Shown here piece after piece: positions 49,704 through 62,065 of a DNA stretch of 64,000 nucleotides. The notes beneath the pieces are model-generated. The model was not told the DNA's origin, ran no database searches, and was given only the letters and a program-made list of their open reading frames with translations. The position numbers and the translations under genes were made by a program. Source of the stretch: Hydrolagus colliei (Eukaryota); the NCBI GenBank assembly GCA_035084275.1, contig CM068744.1, forward strand, positions 102,362,001 through 102,426,000, in the 5' to 3' direction. The stretch's first letter is position 1. Each line of letters starts with the position of its first letter.

Positions 49704-50699
49704 GTAAGTCAGGGTTAAGACTCTCCTCTTCGATGGACCCATCGGCAATTTCTTCCCCCCGCCCCCCACCCCACCGCCCCGTCCTCAGCTTGGGTCTGAA
49801 GTAGTAACTGTCCAGCGCCTTGGAACGTCCTGCTGACGTGAAAGGCGCTATACAAATGTAATTTTGTTGTTGTTAAAGGCCCCAAGCACCACTGATTGAA
49901 GGAATGTCCACCACGCACTGCCAACAACCACAACAACTTGCACTTATACAGCGCCATCCACCCCCGGTAGCATCTCAGCGCACTTAACAGTGGTGAAGCC
50001 TGACTCACGTCAAGCTACACTGCACTGATTGCTGAAGATTTTACTCCCATTACACGGGAAACATAGAAATCGCTCTGATCTCTTTTGCCAAATTTGCCAT
50101 ATAAAATGCCTTAAAGTACAGATAGCTGCTGGTTGTTCAAGTTTTCAGAAAGTGTTTTTTAACATTCAAAGCCTCAATTTTATTTGATGGGATTCCCCAG
50201 AGAGTTGTCTAAATCATCGATGATTTATTCTCTCTCTTTGATCTCCTGCCTTCCTCTCCTAAAGGAGCTGACCAGTGCTGGAATAAACAGCTTCACTGAC
50301 ACTGTCTGTGCTCCACTGACTGAGTAGTGATCTTTGGGATTCCAAACAACAGACACTAAGTGTGCATTTGAGGCAATGCAGACCACGTTGGTCCTATCTT
50401 AATCCAACATCCATAAACTGGTGTTACAATTTGCTAGATTACGTCCCTAATTCTCAAGTAAGTGTACATTATATATGCTGGGCAGAGGGACATTCCTCTT
50501 ACGGGTAAATAGAAAAAACTTGTACAGTTTTTAGAGAGACCAAAACCCTACATTAACGTGAAGATCATGGGGAATGGTGCATAGATTCCCCAAACAATTT
50601 TAAATTGCACACTCCTCTCCTACTTAAGACTCCCCAGGTCGGTGATCAGGTTGACTCCTGTGGTCTGCTCTTTGCGGTGGCCCGATTATTCCAATGTTG

Positions 50700-50970
50700 T
50701 CGTATCAAAACATCTCAAAGTGCTTCATGGAGTTTTCTGTAAAGTGTAGTGACACTGTGTTTTGTCAGCAAATGTGGTAGATAGTTGCTCACAATAATGG
50801 CCCGTAAACAGATATAAGTAAATGACCGGGAGAAACTTCCTTGTCTTTTCGAATTGGTTCTTTGATGTTCACCTGAACAGGCAGATGAGACCTTGATTTT
50901 ATGCCTCGTTCAAAGAATGCACCTCCAATAAAATGCAACATTCTTGCAGCACTGCAATGGAATGTCATCT
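50700..50970 (-). mobile_element. DeuSINE remnant
   Basis: cacctgaacaggcaga...gcacctccaa..aaatgca match the reverse complement of the 25715 copy. Confidence 0.65.
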
Positions 50971-52011
50971 TCAACTAACATCAAACAAGGACTCGGAGAC
51001 AATGGGGTCACTTGAGTGATTCTGTAACATTGTTCTCAATGGGGACATCCTGGAAGCTGGTGAGGGGCATTGGTTTTCTGGCTCAGCCTATGATTAGCAT
51101 TCTGCTGGCTTTGCACTGAACTGAACCCCCACCAGGGTAGTCAGTATCGTGCCAACTAGCAGTAAAACTCAACGACCGGGAGCTGAAGTATAATTTGAAT
51201 ACATGCAAAGTGGGTTCGATGAACAAACTGCAACTTCAGTTTGCAAATATCACAAACCACAAAGTTTGTGATGAATAGTGAGTGAAAAAAGACAGGAGAA
51301 CAAAATGCTGATCTTTGTCAGGTTTTGCTGCACTGCAATCATTCTATTATTCATCTGGTGATGTAGGTGATGTCAGCAGGGTCAGGGCCAGGGCTAGAAA
51401 TGCCTCGTTAGGGATCTAATTTGGGAGATTCATAAAATAACTTGCAAATTCCGGATGTGTCGCAGGTGACCATTTTGTACCCCACTTCTGTGGAGCGGGT
51501 GGTGTGAGTGTCCCTGTTACATTATTGTTGATAATTATCCATGTTAGTCACACTTCTTTCTGTTTTCAGACACTGAACCATTCACATTCCACTGACTCTG
51601 AGATCTCAGAATAATTTCCCAATGTTTCGCTGATCTGAGGGTCTTGTTTTGCAGACAGAGTAGATGTACAGCATTTGAATGAGTAATGGATAGCACAGTA
51701 CTTAAATACTCATCAGTAACACTGATGACTTGGCTGCTCAAGGACTGTGGTCCGAGACCCATTATCAAATATACGCAATGTTAAACATCAACATAAGCTT
51801 TTTTTTCCCAAATAGGTTTTAACCAGAAAAACGACAATATACTGATGTCTTTTCATTAAGTGAAGTAAACTCAGAACCATTCTTTTAGTATATTGTTACC
51901 CCCAAATCCCTGTGCTTTCACTCCAAATGCACTGCGGTGATGTTTGTTGCAGAATTAGATATGAGAATGAAAAACTTTCAAGAATTTCCTCAAGGATTTT
52001 AAAAGATAAGA

Positions 52012-52355
52012 AATAATAATAATAATCTGTGTATTTGATATAGCGCCTTATCGCGTCTTCAAGATGTCTCAAAACCCTTCACAGAATATAAAGTAAACTG
52101 AATTGACTGTATATTATGTGGGCGAAATGCAGCAGCTACTTGCGGAAAGCAGTGTCCCATGAACAGTCGTGGATTGAAGTGACCAATTCATTATTGTTGT
52201 TTTTGGAAGGAATTATTATCCCCAGAAAGCGATTCACCAATTGATTAACAACCAGGTTCCTACTTACTGCTAGGTCAACAGAGGCAAAGCCAGGACTCAA
52301 ATCCAGGGCTCTCGCTTGTGAGGTGAGTGCTCTAACCACTGAGCTACAGGACTCC
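52012..52355 (-). mobile_element. tRNA-derived SINE, near full length
   Basis: Reverse complement begins ggagtcctgtagctcagtggttagagcactcacctc; same body and tail as 42672. Confidence 0.9.
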
Positions 52356-52689
52356 AAGGTGTTACAATTTCTGGCTAACATGTACACTGCAATTCAATAA
52401 TTTCTGTCTCACTACACAAAATTAATTAAGCCAATTAAACGTAAATTGGAAAAACAATTGAACTTGAATCCTTGGTTATTGGTTAAATTCTTGTTTTTTG
52501 AGACCCACAGAAAATATTTTGTTTCAAAAAGTGGTCACGTAAAATAGGGGCAAAATATTTGAAATTCCTTAAAGCATTGCTTGTGATAACTGAGACGAGC
52601 AAAGCAAGAATAAATAGCCCATATCTGTTACTAATTCCTTAATTCACCTTATGCTAAAGTAGTTGTCTTTACTCACTGCACTACTCTCA

Positions 52690-53450
52690 CATCCTCCACC
52701 TTCCCGGTCTGTCCCTAAAACTCTCCGAACCTGTGCCCAACCTAGGCATCAGGTTTGAACCCCAATTGTCCTTCCTCCCTCACATTCAGTACCTCACTAG
52801 CACCGTCTTCTTCCACCTCCGACGGATCGCCTGTCTCCGGCAATACTTCACCCCAAAAGCCGCTGAATCCCTGGTCCACGCCTTTGTCACCTCTCGGCTG
52901 GACTATTCAAATCCCCTCCTCGCTGGTGTCCCCTCCTCCACAATCCACAGAGTCCAGCTCATTCAGAACTCTGTCGCCCGCGTTCTCACCCTCACCAAAC
53001 TTCGCTCCTCCATTGCCCCAGTCCTTGCCAGACTTCACTGGCTCCCTATGCCAGAGAGGATCGACTTCAAGATCCTCACCCTTGTCTTCAAATCCCTCCA
53101 CTCCTCTGCACCCCACTACCTCTCTGACCTCCTATCTCCTCAAACCAGCATCCGTTGCCTTTGCTCCACTGGGTCTAGCCTCCTCCGTGTCCCCCAAATC
53201 CTCCGCTCCACCCTCGGCGGGCGTGCCTTCAGCCACTAAGGCTCTGGAATTCCCTTCCTCACTACCTTCGCCTCGCCCCCTCTCTTCCCAGTTTCAGGTC
53301 ACAGCTAAAGACCTTTCTCTTCGACCGCGCCTTTGGTCACCTTTCTACCCCCTGCCCCTGGCTCGGTCCCGGGATCCGCAATTGTGAAGCGCTCTGAGTC
53401 ATTGTCCGGCGTGGAGGGCACTGTATAAATCGAAGTTATTGTTGTTGTTG
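52690..53450 (+). mobile_element. L2 LINE 3' fragment
   Basis: ORF 52733-53239 NLGIRFEPQLSF..FFHLRRIACLR..LVHAFVTSRLDYSN..LHWLPMPERIDFKIL; (GTT)n tail. Confidence 0.95.
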
Positions 53451-53589
53451 CTCCAGTCCTATAATTCCCCCAAGATAGCTTCTCTCAGTCAGCTGACTGC
53501 TTGCCAGGAAACAGCCCAGGAAACTTTATACTGTCAGTTTCCTTGTGCAGTAACACAAGGTACAGGTTGTGGAATACCATGGTAACACA

Positions 53590-53830
53590 AGGCATATTCT
53601 AAAATAGAGAATTTAGGAGAAACTGCTTCATGCACGATGGTGGAACCCGCTGACCGAATCGGTGGTTCAGTTATCTAGCGTAGATGCATTAAGAGAGTCC
53701 TTCACATGTGGGAGAGAGGAATAGAAGGGTATGGAAGGACACAAGGAATTGGTGGAGACTTGTGTGTCCAATATAAATATCAACACAAGAACAATGGGTC
53801 AAAAGATCTGTTTCTGTGCTGCACATTCTT
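53590..53830 (+). mobile_element. Old CR1 3' end
   Basis: atttaggagaaactgcttca...tggaacccgctg...ggaatagaagggtatgg...atgggtcaaaagatctgtttctgtgctg. Confidence 0.6.
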
Positions 53831-54719
53831 TGTAAATCATTGAACTCTGCAAATTTTTCCCACAATTTTGCTTTTCAATTTCCATTATGTTTCATTGTAA
53901 TTATTCATGCAGCTAACTCTTTCACTCACCTTTTGCTTACACTTGCTTGTTTAAAGGATTTTGAGGAGTTGGCAGTGACGGGTGCCTATTAAGGGAATGG
54001 TAGGTGTACACATTGATGACATGAGGACCTGTAGAAACAAATAGAACATGATTTGTGCAGAAGTTGTCTGATGGAAAACACAGTAATGTGATTTACTGTA
54101 CAGAAATATGCACTTCATAATATCTCACCAATGTTGGATTTCGCTGAGTGTTTAATTTCAATTCTCCTCAACCCATTGACTTTTCTAGGGCAGTGTGTGC
54201 ATGAAACATTTCAGCAAAGTGCAGGGAACGTCATCAAGCATTAAAGTGCTTTTGCGTAGCTTACTAATGCAGTGCCTTGTTACAGTGACTCGGAAAAATG
54301 GTTTAGCAGTTTGATCCCTTGGATGTTTGCCAAAAATCCGTTGTTGAGAATTTATGCCTGGGGGCAGGAGGACTTTCTGTTGCGTGCTCTCTGAATGATA
54401 TTATGGTCTTCAACAAAAGGTCAGTGGAGAGGCTTGATGCCATTCCTCCTCCACTCTTTGGAACTCTATTTCAGACTCCCTACGCCTCGCCCCCTCACTC
54501 CCTCCCCACATTAAAACCCATCGTTTCAACCACACTTGTGGTCATCTATCCCTCCTCCACTCACAGCTCTCACTCCCCAGCTAGAGTATCCAGTCAGTGG
54601 TATGAAGCGCTTTGAGACGTTCTCCCAATATGAAAAATGCTACCTAAATGTAAACTATTGTTGTTATTCCTGGATTGCTCTGTGTTGTACCAGGTGCTGC
54701 ACTGTCATGTTATTGATCT

Positions 54720-56310
54720 ATGTTCTGCTTGTGTCCTCTCCCGCACCAGGATCCATGACCCCATCACCCCCACCCTTGCCCGGCTCCACTGGCTCCCCAT
54801 CCCTCAGAGGATAGAATTCAAGATTGTCGTCCTCACTGTCAATGCCTCCAAGGCCTTGCCCCCCTCTGACCTGCTGATCCCCTATCAACCTGTCCGCTCC
54901 CTCCAGCCTACTCCTTGTTTTCCACCCGACCACTCTATCATTGTCTGCCAGGCTTTCAGCCTCCCTCCCCACACTCTATGGACTATATCCCATCATCTCT
55001 TCACCTTACTCCCTTCCTCAACTTACTCCCTCCCTTGCCTCCTTCAAGGCTCGATTCAAGACCCTCCTTTTCAACGGTGCATTCAGCCCCCTCCTATCTC
55101 TCCGCCCTCTCTCATACCAACCCTATCCCCCCCCACAAGCTCAGGTCCTGACCCCTGAATGTTCAGCACCTTGGGACGTCCTGCCAACTTGAAAGGCACT
55201 CCGCAAATGTAATTTTATTGTTGCTGAGTGACCCAATGCTGTGTTTGAGAATAAAGTCACTCAACACACTCCCAACACCTTGGGATGTCCCCATGCCATG
55301 AAAGGTGCTACATGAGTGCAATTTGTTGTAGTTGCTGTTACCATGTGTTACATCATCATGTAGTTACGAGGAATGGTGCTTGTGGCCAGGATGGTGAACT
55401 GATTAAAGGAACAGCTTGGTGGCAAAATAGGAAGGCGCTAGTGTGGGAAGGTGGGATGAGTGGTATTTCAGGAAGGAATGCATAGTTCTTATGTGATCTT
55501 CTCGTGCGGTATTGTTATGTCAGTATGTATTCACCTACAATGTATGTTATCACATGTTATCACATGTATTATTGATATGGGTGAACATATGGAATTGTGC
55601 CTTGACCGGCACCGTTTATTTCCACCTGCGCAACATTGCCAGGCTCCGCAGCTATCTTACCCCCCGCGCTGCCGAAACACTCGTGCACGCGTACATCACC
55701 TCGAGGCTGGACTACGGTAACTCTCTCCTCGTCGGCCTCCCCAGTTCCTCCATTCACAGGCTGCAGGTCATCCAAAATTCAGCAGCCCGTGTATTATCCC
55801 GCACCCGCCTCCGCGACCATATAACCCCCACCCTCGCCCATCTCCATTGGCTCCCCATTCTCCAGAGGATCGAGTTCAAGATACTCGTCCTCACCTTCAA
55901 GGCCTTACACGGCCTTGCCCCTCCCTATTTAACCAATCTACTTTCCCCCTACAAGCCCACCCGGACCCTCCATTCAACAGGAACTGCTCCAAGCCCCCCG
56001 CCCGAACCGCCCCACCATCGGAGGCCGGGCCTTCAGTTTCTCCGCTCCCACCCTATGGAATACCATCCCCCAATCCCTCCGTCTCGTTTCTTCCCTTTCC
56101 TCTTTCAAGGCCGGTTTGAAGACTTTCCTCTTCGACCGTGCCTTTTGCTCCACCCCGAATTTTTCAACCTCCCCTTCGTGTCTCACCCCTTCCCAAACAC
56201 TCCCCTCCCAGCTCGGGTCACACGCCTCCTGTGCAGCGCCTTGGGACGTCCTCCCGACGTGAAAGGCGTTCTATAAATGTAATTTGTTGTTATAAATGTA
56301 ATTTGTTGTT
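54720..56310 (+). mobile_element. Two tandem L2 3' fragments (about 54720-55225 and 55600-56310)
   Basis: ITPTLARLHWLPIPQRIEFKI; YFHLRNIARLRSYLTPRAAETLVHAYITSRLDYGNSLL; both have tails. Confidence 0.92.
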
Positions 56311-56464
56311 GTTATTTTACTTTCCATGTCGGATTTATGTTTTAGACATTTTGACTTTCGCTAACAAACAAACGTCTCGCTACTGTCTGTAACACACACT
56401 CCACACACATGTACCATGATTATTGTATTGTAACAACAGCAACAACAACAGGTTGGATCTATTG

Positions 56465-57027
56465 GCTGGACTATTGCAACGCCCTCCTCGCCGGTCTCTC
56501 TCCACCCCAATCCACAAAATCCAGCTTATCCAAAACTCTGCCGCCCGCATACTCACCCGCTCTAAACTTCGCTCCCCCATTACCCCAGTCCTTGCCAGAC
56601 TTCATTGGCTCCCTATCCCAGAGAGGATTGACTTCAACATCCTCACCCTTGTTTTCAAATCCCTCCATTCCTCTGCACCCCCCTATCTCTCTGATTTCCT
56701 CTCCCCCCAACCCAGCACCCGCTGCCTTCGCTCCTCTGAGTCTGGCCTCCTCCATGTCCCCCGAGTCCTCCACTCCACCCTCAGCGGCCGTGCCTTTAGC
56801 CACTACGCCCCGAGGCTCTGTAACTCCCTTCCTCACTCGCTTCGCCTCGCTTTCTCTCTTCCCAGTTTCAGGTCACAGTTGAAGACCTTTCTCTTCGACT
56901 GAGCTTTTGGTCACCTTCCTGCCCCTTCCCCTGGCTCGGTCCCGGGATCCGCTACTGTGAAGCGCTCTGAGACCCCGTCCGGCGTGGAGGGCACTATATA
57001 AATCAAAGTTGTTGTTGTTGTTGTTGT
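56465..57027 (+). mobile_element. L2 3' fragment, left arm of tail-to-tail pair
   Basis: IQLIQNSAARILTRSKLRSPITPVLARLHWLPIPERIDFNIL...; (GTT)n tail. Confidence 0.93.
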
Positions 57028-57533
57028 TATATAGCGCCCTCCACGCCGGACGGCGTCTCAGGGAACTTCACAATAACGGATCTCGGGGCCGAGCCAGGGG
57101 GAAGAGGGAAAAAGGTGACCAAAAAGAAAGATCTTTAGCCGTGACCTGAAAATAGGAAAGGGGACGAGGCGAAGAGAGTGAGGAAGGGAGTTCCAGAGCC
57201 TCGGGCTGCCGACGGTAGAATGGAGGTTTTGGGGGACAAGGAGGAAGCCAGACCCAGTGGAGCAAAGCCAACGGGTACTGTTGTGAGGAGAGAGGAGGTC
57301 AGAGAGATAGGGGGATGCAGAGGAGTGAGTGGAAGAATTTGGAAACAAGAGTGAGGATCTTGAAATCGATCCGCTCCGAGACAGGGAGCCAATGAAGTCT
57401 GGCAAGGACTGGGGTAATCTGGGAGCTAAGTTTGGTACAGGTGAGAATGCGGGCAGCAGAATTTTGGATAACCTTGACTTTGTGAATGGTGGTGGAGGGA
57501 AGATTGTCGAGTAGGGCATTGGAATAGTCCAGC
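57028..57533 (-). mobile_element. L2 3' fragment, right arm of tail-to-tail pair
   Basis: Reverse-complement homologue of 56465-57000, same subfamily tail. Confidence 0.93.
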
Positions 57534-57544
57534 GATGGTTATTT

Positions 57545-57672
57545 GGGGAGGATGGGTTTGCAGGGTAATGGGGAGAGAGCCGGGGAGTGGGATTGACTTT
57601 GAATAGTTCAGGCATGATGGGCCAAATGGCCTCCTTTTGTGCTGAAAACCTCTATGGTGCTACGATTCTACG
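57545..57672 (+). mobile_element. CR1 3' UTR fragment
   Basis: atgggccaaatggcctccttttgtgctg...ctacgattctacg, same as the copy at about 20460-20592. Confidence 0.75.
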
Positions 57673-58174
57673 GATACAATGCACACCCTGCATTCAGCAC
57701 TGAATGGGTTAAACACTCCGGGTTTCAGCTGCGCAGCTATTTTTGTTGTAGTCTTCCTGCCACAATGCTGGCCTGTGTTCCAGGCAGCAGCAGCAGAAAT
57801 AGTGCCTGAATAATTAAAACATCATCACAGCCACACAACACACAATTTCCCAGTTAACAGGACTGAACTCATTTTCAAAATGAGCGATGTTGCAACCCTA
57901 CGTGATGACCAGATTGAGAGAGAGCAAGCAAGGGCCAGGTGAAACATCCCTATACTTTGCTTGTAGCCTATGTGCTGCCACAATTGGAAAGAATGCCAAA
58001 TAATGAATAAAGTAAGGATGTCAGGGGAACCAGATCGGGAACTAGTGCTGTACAACCGCTCCCATTCCCAGCCAGAGCTGGATACAGAAAGCACGTTGCG
58101 GAATTGTTTTAATATTTAGAGGTGTTTTTTTTCCTCCACTCTCCTGGGTGAGTAAACGCTTCGGGGGCTAGTGA

Positions 58175-58605
58175 ACAACAACAACAAAATTACATTTGTG
58201 GAGCGACTTTCACGTCAGGAGGACGTCCCAAGGCGCTGAGCAGTCAGGGGTAGGGACCCGAGCGTGGGGGGCGGGGCAGGGTAGGGGGGGAGAGGCAGGG
58301 TAGGGGGGAGGAGAGGGAGAATGGTGGGAGAGCGGCAGAAGGCACGATCGAATAGGAGGCTCTTGAGACAGCCTTGAAGGAGGCAAGGGAGGAAGCGAGC
58401 CAATGGGATATCCTTTGGGATAGAGTTCCAGAGTGTGGGATGAAGGTCCACAGAGTTTGCTTGCAGAGAGGCTGAAAGCCCGGCCACCGATGGTAGGGCA
58501 GGTCAGGCGGGAAACATGGAGAAGACTGGAGCCCGCTGAATGGAGGGGTCGGGCAGACTGGTAGGGAGTCAGCAAGTCAGAAAGGTAGGAAGGGCAAGGC
58601 CATTG
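58175..58605 (-). mobile_element. L2 3' fragment
   Basis: PSYLSDLLTPYQSARPLHS..PTIGGRAFS; (CAA)n tail. Confidence 0.85.
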
Positions 58606-61388
58606 CAAATTGCTCCCCAAAACAATACTGTTGAGTCCAGAGGCCATGAACACCAAAAGAAAAGGTCTTAAAGAAAAGGTGGAACAGCAAGCCTCTAATT
58701 GGGAAGATTGGCATGTTAATAAACTACAAGATGCATCCACATGAAAGACTCTAGACTGACTCTTAAGCAATTGACTCTTGTGAGTTTGGAACTCTTTTGG
58801 GAGTCATTCCGAGAGCTCATTTGTACAGGGAAATTGTGTTCCTAGTACTTAATCATTTGTCCTTTGTGTCTAGTGAGAGAGTTATCTGCAAATAAAATGC
58901 CTACTGACTATGGTATCCAATTGGCAACGGAATCTTCTGGTTATGCAACATACTCATTCAAAAAGACTTGCTTGTGTGAAGGAAGGAAAAGCACCTCCAG
59001 TAAAATACATGGAGAAACCTATCACCATTCTTAAGAGAATCCAAACTAGACAGAGTTCCATATATGAATGTCACCTATATAAATAAATTTCCCAGTGTCA
59101 GGAATTGAGCGAGTGACACGCTCTGCTTGCCTAATATACAGATTGCTAGATGCTGGTTGGCAAGAGCCATGGCTTGGGGATCCCAAAGTGTCTGTTGGGG
59201 GTAAAGCTGGAGATTAACCAACTGTTTGCCCTCTTTCTCCCCTAACCCCACTTCCACGACTGTTTGTGGAACACTGCTGTGCGCAATTGGCTGCCACGTT
59301 TCGCCCACAAATGTACAGTCAATTCTCCTACTCTCCTTTCCCCTACCCCGATCCCTCCCCACCCTGCTCTGGTCCCGACCTGATTGTTCAGCACAATGGC
59401 TGTGCTGTCATCAGCAGTGCCCTGGACAAATTGAAATGAATGTTGTGCTGGATATCTGGTTATAAAGAAAAAGTGGAAAGTGGGAATTGGGTGAACTTCA
59501 GTCATTTTAGATCCATGGGAAGGTGACGATAAGGCAGTGTTGATTAATTGACATATTTTGCAATATTTGATTGCCAGCCTGACATTTTTATTTAATTCCC
59601 CTTGAGGATTGTAAGTCATATTTGCAGGTGTTTCTCCAATTGAAGTAATGGAGTTGGGTTCAGCCCACCTCCCCCAAAGATTAAATTGGTCAGCCACTTC
59701 ATGGTTGTTTGCGGGATAAATTCTGTGCAATTTGCTCTGTGTTCGCCTAGAAACTACACAGTCACTACACTTTACAGAAACTTTGCAAAATGTCTTGAGA
59801 TGTCATCAACAAACTGAGTGATTTATGAAATGCAAGGATGATTGGTAATATTTTTATGATTGTTCCTGCTGTCAAGATTATTAGTGAGTGAGCTCTTACG
59901 ATATGGAAACCAATGCAGTTTGGTGCCCAGTGTCAGCATCAAGCATCAGATAGAATACTGTACTGTAGACCTGATACTGAGTATGACTCCCACCACTCTG
60001 CTAACCAACCTGCTTTAAGACAATCACTCCAAATGCATCAGTGTGAATGCTTGCAGTTCCTGCATCTTCTATGCTGTCAGCCTCACTAAGCAAGAGTAAC
60101 AGTTTAGTTTTGATTTTAGCCAAATTCTGAGTACAGTAGTTTGTGATTTAACTTCATTTCCTGAAGGATCTTTATACCCATTAGAGCAAGAGACATAGAG
60201 GAAGCATTCTTCTGGTCTAGATTTAAATCTGGATTCCAGAGGTGAAGAGAGAAGTCTACAAACCTGCTGCCACCAACCCTGGTCCATGATTTTCTGATTT
60301 ATTTTTAAGTTTGAAGATTATTCTTATAGCCCTTCCCTCCCTCCCTCCCTCCCTCCCTCCCACCCACCTGCCTGAACCCATTGAAGCACCACAATGCCAT
60401 GGTAACATGACGGTATCCTCAACTGAGATGAACTGTGCAATTTTTAAGATTAACAACATGTTAGCTGGCTCTGATCAAGGTCTAATTTGTGATAAAAGAG
60501 GTTACATTTATGAGGTCAAAATTAATGTCGCTTTTAATTAAATGATAAAAGAAAGGCGAATGGATTTGAAACTAAAGCTTAGTGTTTAGATTCATTTGGA
60601 ACAGAGGCAGATTATTGGGTCGTGCTAACTGTACTTCCATTAGAGGTCTTTATTCCCTCACTGTATCTGAAGCTCAGGTCCTGCGCCCTTAACATATTAA
60701 TATTGCAACTGATTCACTCCGTTTCTTTGAAGCTCTGAGTACTTGTGTCAAGGAACCCGAGTTTCACAGTCTTGCGCACTCTCCTTTTCCACCGTAAAAC
60801 TAATGTCAGTAAAACTAATTCACATCTTTATTAATAGAATGTCTAGGTACATATGTGTTCGGTTCTCCTGCTTCTGCCGTTGTGTAATGTTTGGCACAAA
60901 AATGTTCTTAATGTTATAATTGCTCAAGACTAACACTCGATTTAACGCAAAAGAGTATCACCACCCTGTCGTCTCAACGGGTGAAACCACTGTTGTTTTT
61001 ATCACACTGAGTCGAATGCACCAAAGTTTGAGTTCATTCCCTGGTTTGTTTATTTGCTGCTGACAGTTATGGTCTCAGTTGAGTGCGATGTAATAAGCCC
61101 TGGGCTAATAAAGGAATATATCAGCCATGGCTCCTGTTCATAATCATGATCCAATGTCACCTTGTTGCAAGTACATTCATGTGGATGGCAATTTAGGACT
61201 GCATCATATATGGCTGAGACACCCCACCATTGTCCAAAGCCTTTCGATCACAAACTATTTCGGATGAAACGCAAAGAATTGCATCAATGTTGAGGCACCA
61301 GAAGATGACTGGCTGACACACGTGGAACCGTTCCAGGTTGATTCACTATCTTCAGAGAGGCGGGGGTGGTAAAGAAAGAAAGCTTGAT

Positions 61389-61512
61389 TAATAATAATAA
61401 TAATAATAATAATAACCCTTGGATTTGATATAGCGCTTTTCACATCTTATCGACATCTTAAAGCGCTTCATAGAATATACTGTAAAGTGAATTGACTGTA
61501 TTTTTTGTGGAC
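61389..61512 (-). mobile_element. SINE 3' tail fragment with (AAT)n
   Basis: (aat)n...atttgatatagcgc...aaagcgcttcatagaatatactgtaaagtgaattgactgta. Confidence 0.85.
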
Positions 61513-61906
61513 GACACAGAAAAAAATACATACATAAAGAGGAAACTCAGCATTGAAGGCAGTCGATGGCGAGATCAAATATGTAATTGTTAGTGAATTG
61601 AGTCAATAGTGATTTGGAAAATCAGTAGTTTCAAATGAAATGAAAAAACCTGGTGAAAAAGGGTCCAAGACAGTGGGTTAGTCACATGTCTGTGAATATG
61701 AACCCTAATATGAACCCCGAGGTAATGTAAACAGATAAAAATATAGCAACTGGGCTGTCGAATGTGAGTCATCATATCTGTACCAATGAAAATACCAGAA
61801 CAAAACAAGCTGAGACAGCTATCACAGACATGTTCAGTAGTGAATATCTGACACACAATTGATGATTTCTCACCTATTAAAAACATCTATTTTTATTTTA
61901 TTTTAG

Positions 61907-62065
61907 ACAAACAAGGCTGTGGCTAAGGGAGAATATCATCAAGCAAGTTCCAGCTCCAGGCGGGCACTGTTCTTAGCAGTCCTCTCTATCACCATCGGGA
62001 CTGGCATTTATGTAGGGGTCGCCGTGGCACTGATAGCTTACCTGTCCAAAAATAACCATTTGTAA
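61907..62065 (+). CDS. SYNDIG1: SYNDIG1 last coding exon (gene exon 4), C-terminal hydrophobic segment and stop
   Basis: ttttattttattttAG|ACA AAC AAG...; encodes [52 protein letters not shown] then TAA (62063-62065). The spliced product is 265 aa from 43217 or 259 aa from 43235. Confidence 0.97.
   Translation, partial: TNKAVAKGEYHQASSSSRRALFLAVLSITIGTGIYVGVAVALIAYLSKNNHL

Noticed and set aside
52733-56902. RT-like ORFs as an active retroelement or domesticated gene
   Set aside because: 5'-truncated, frameshifted L2 C-terminal fragments lacking endonuclease and RT core.
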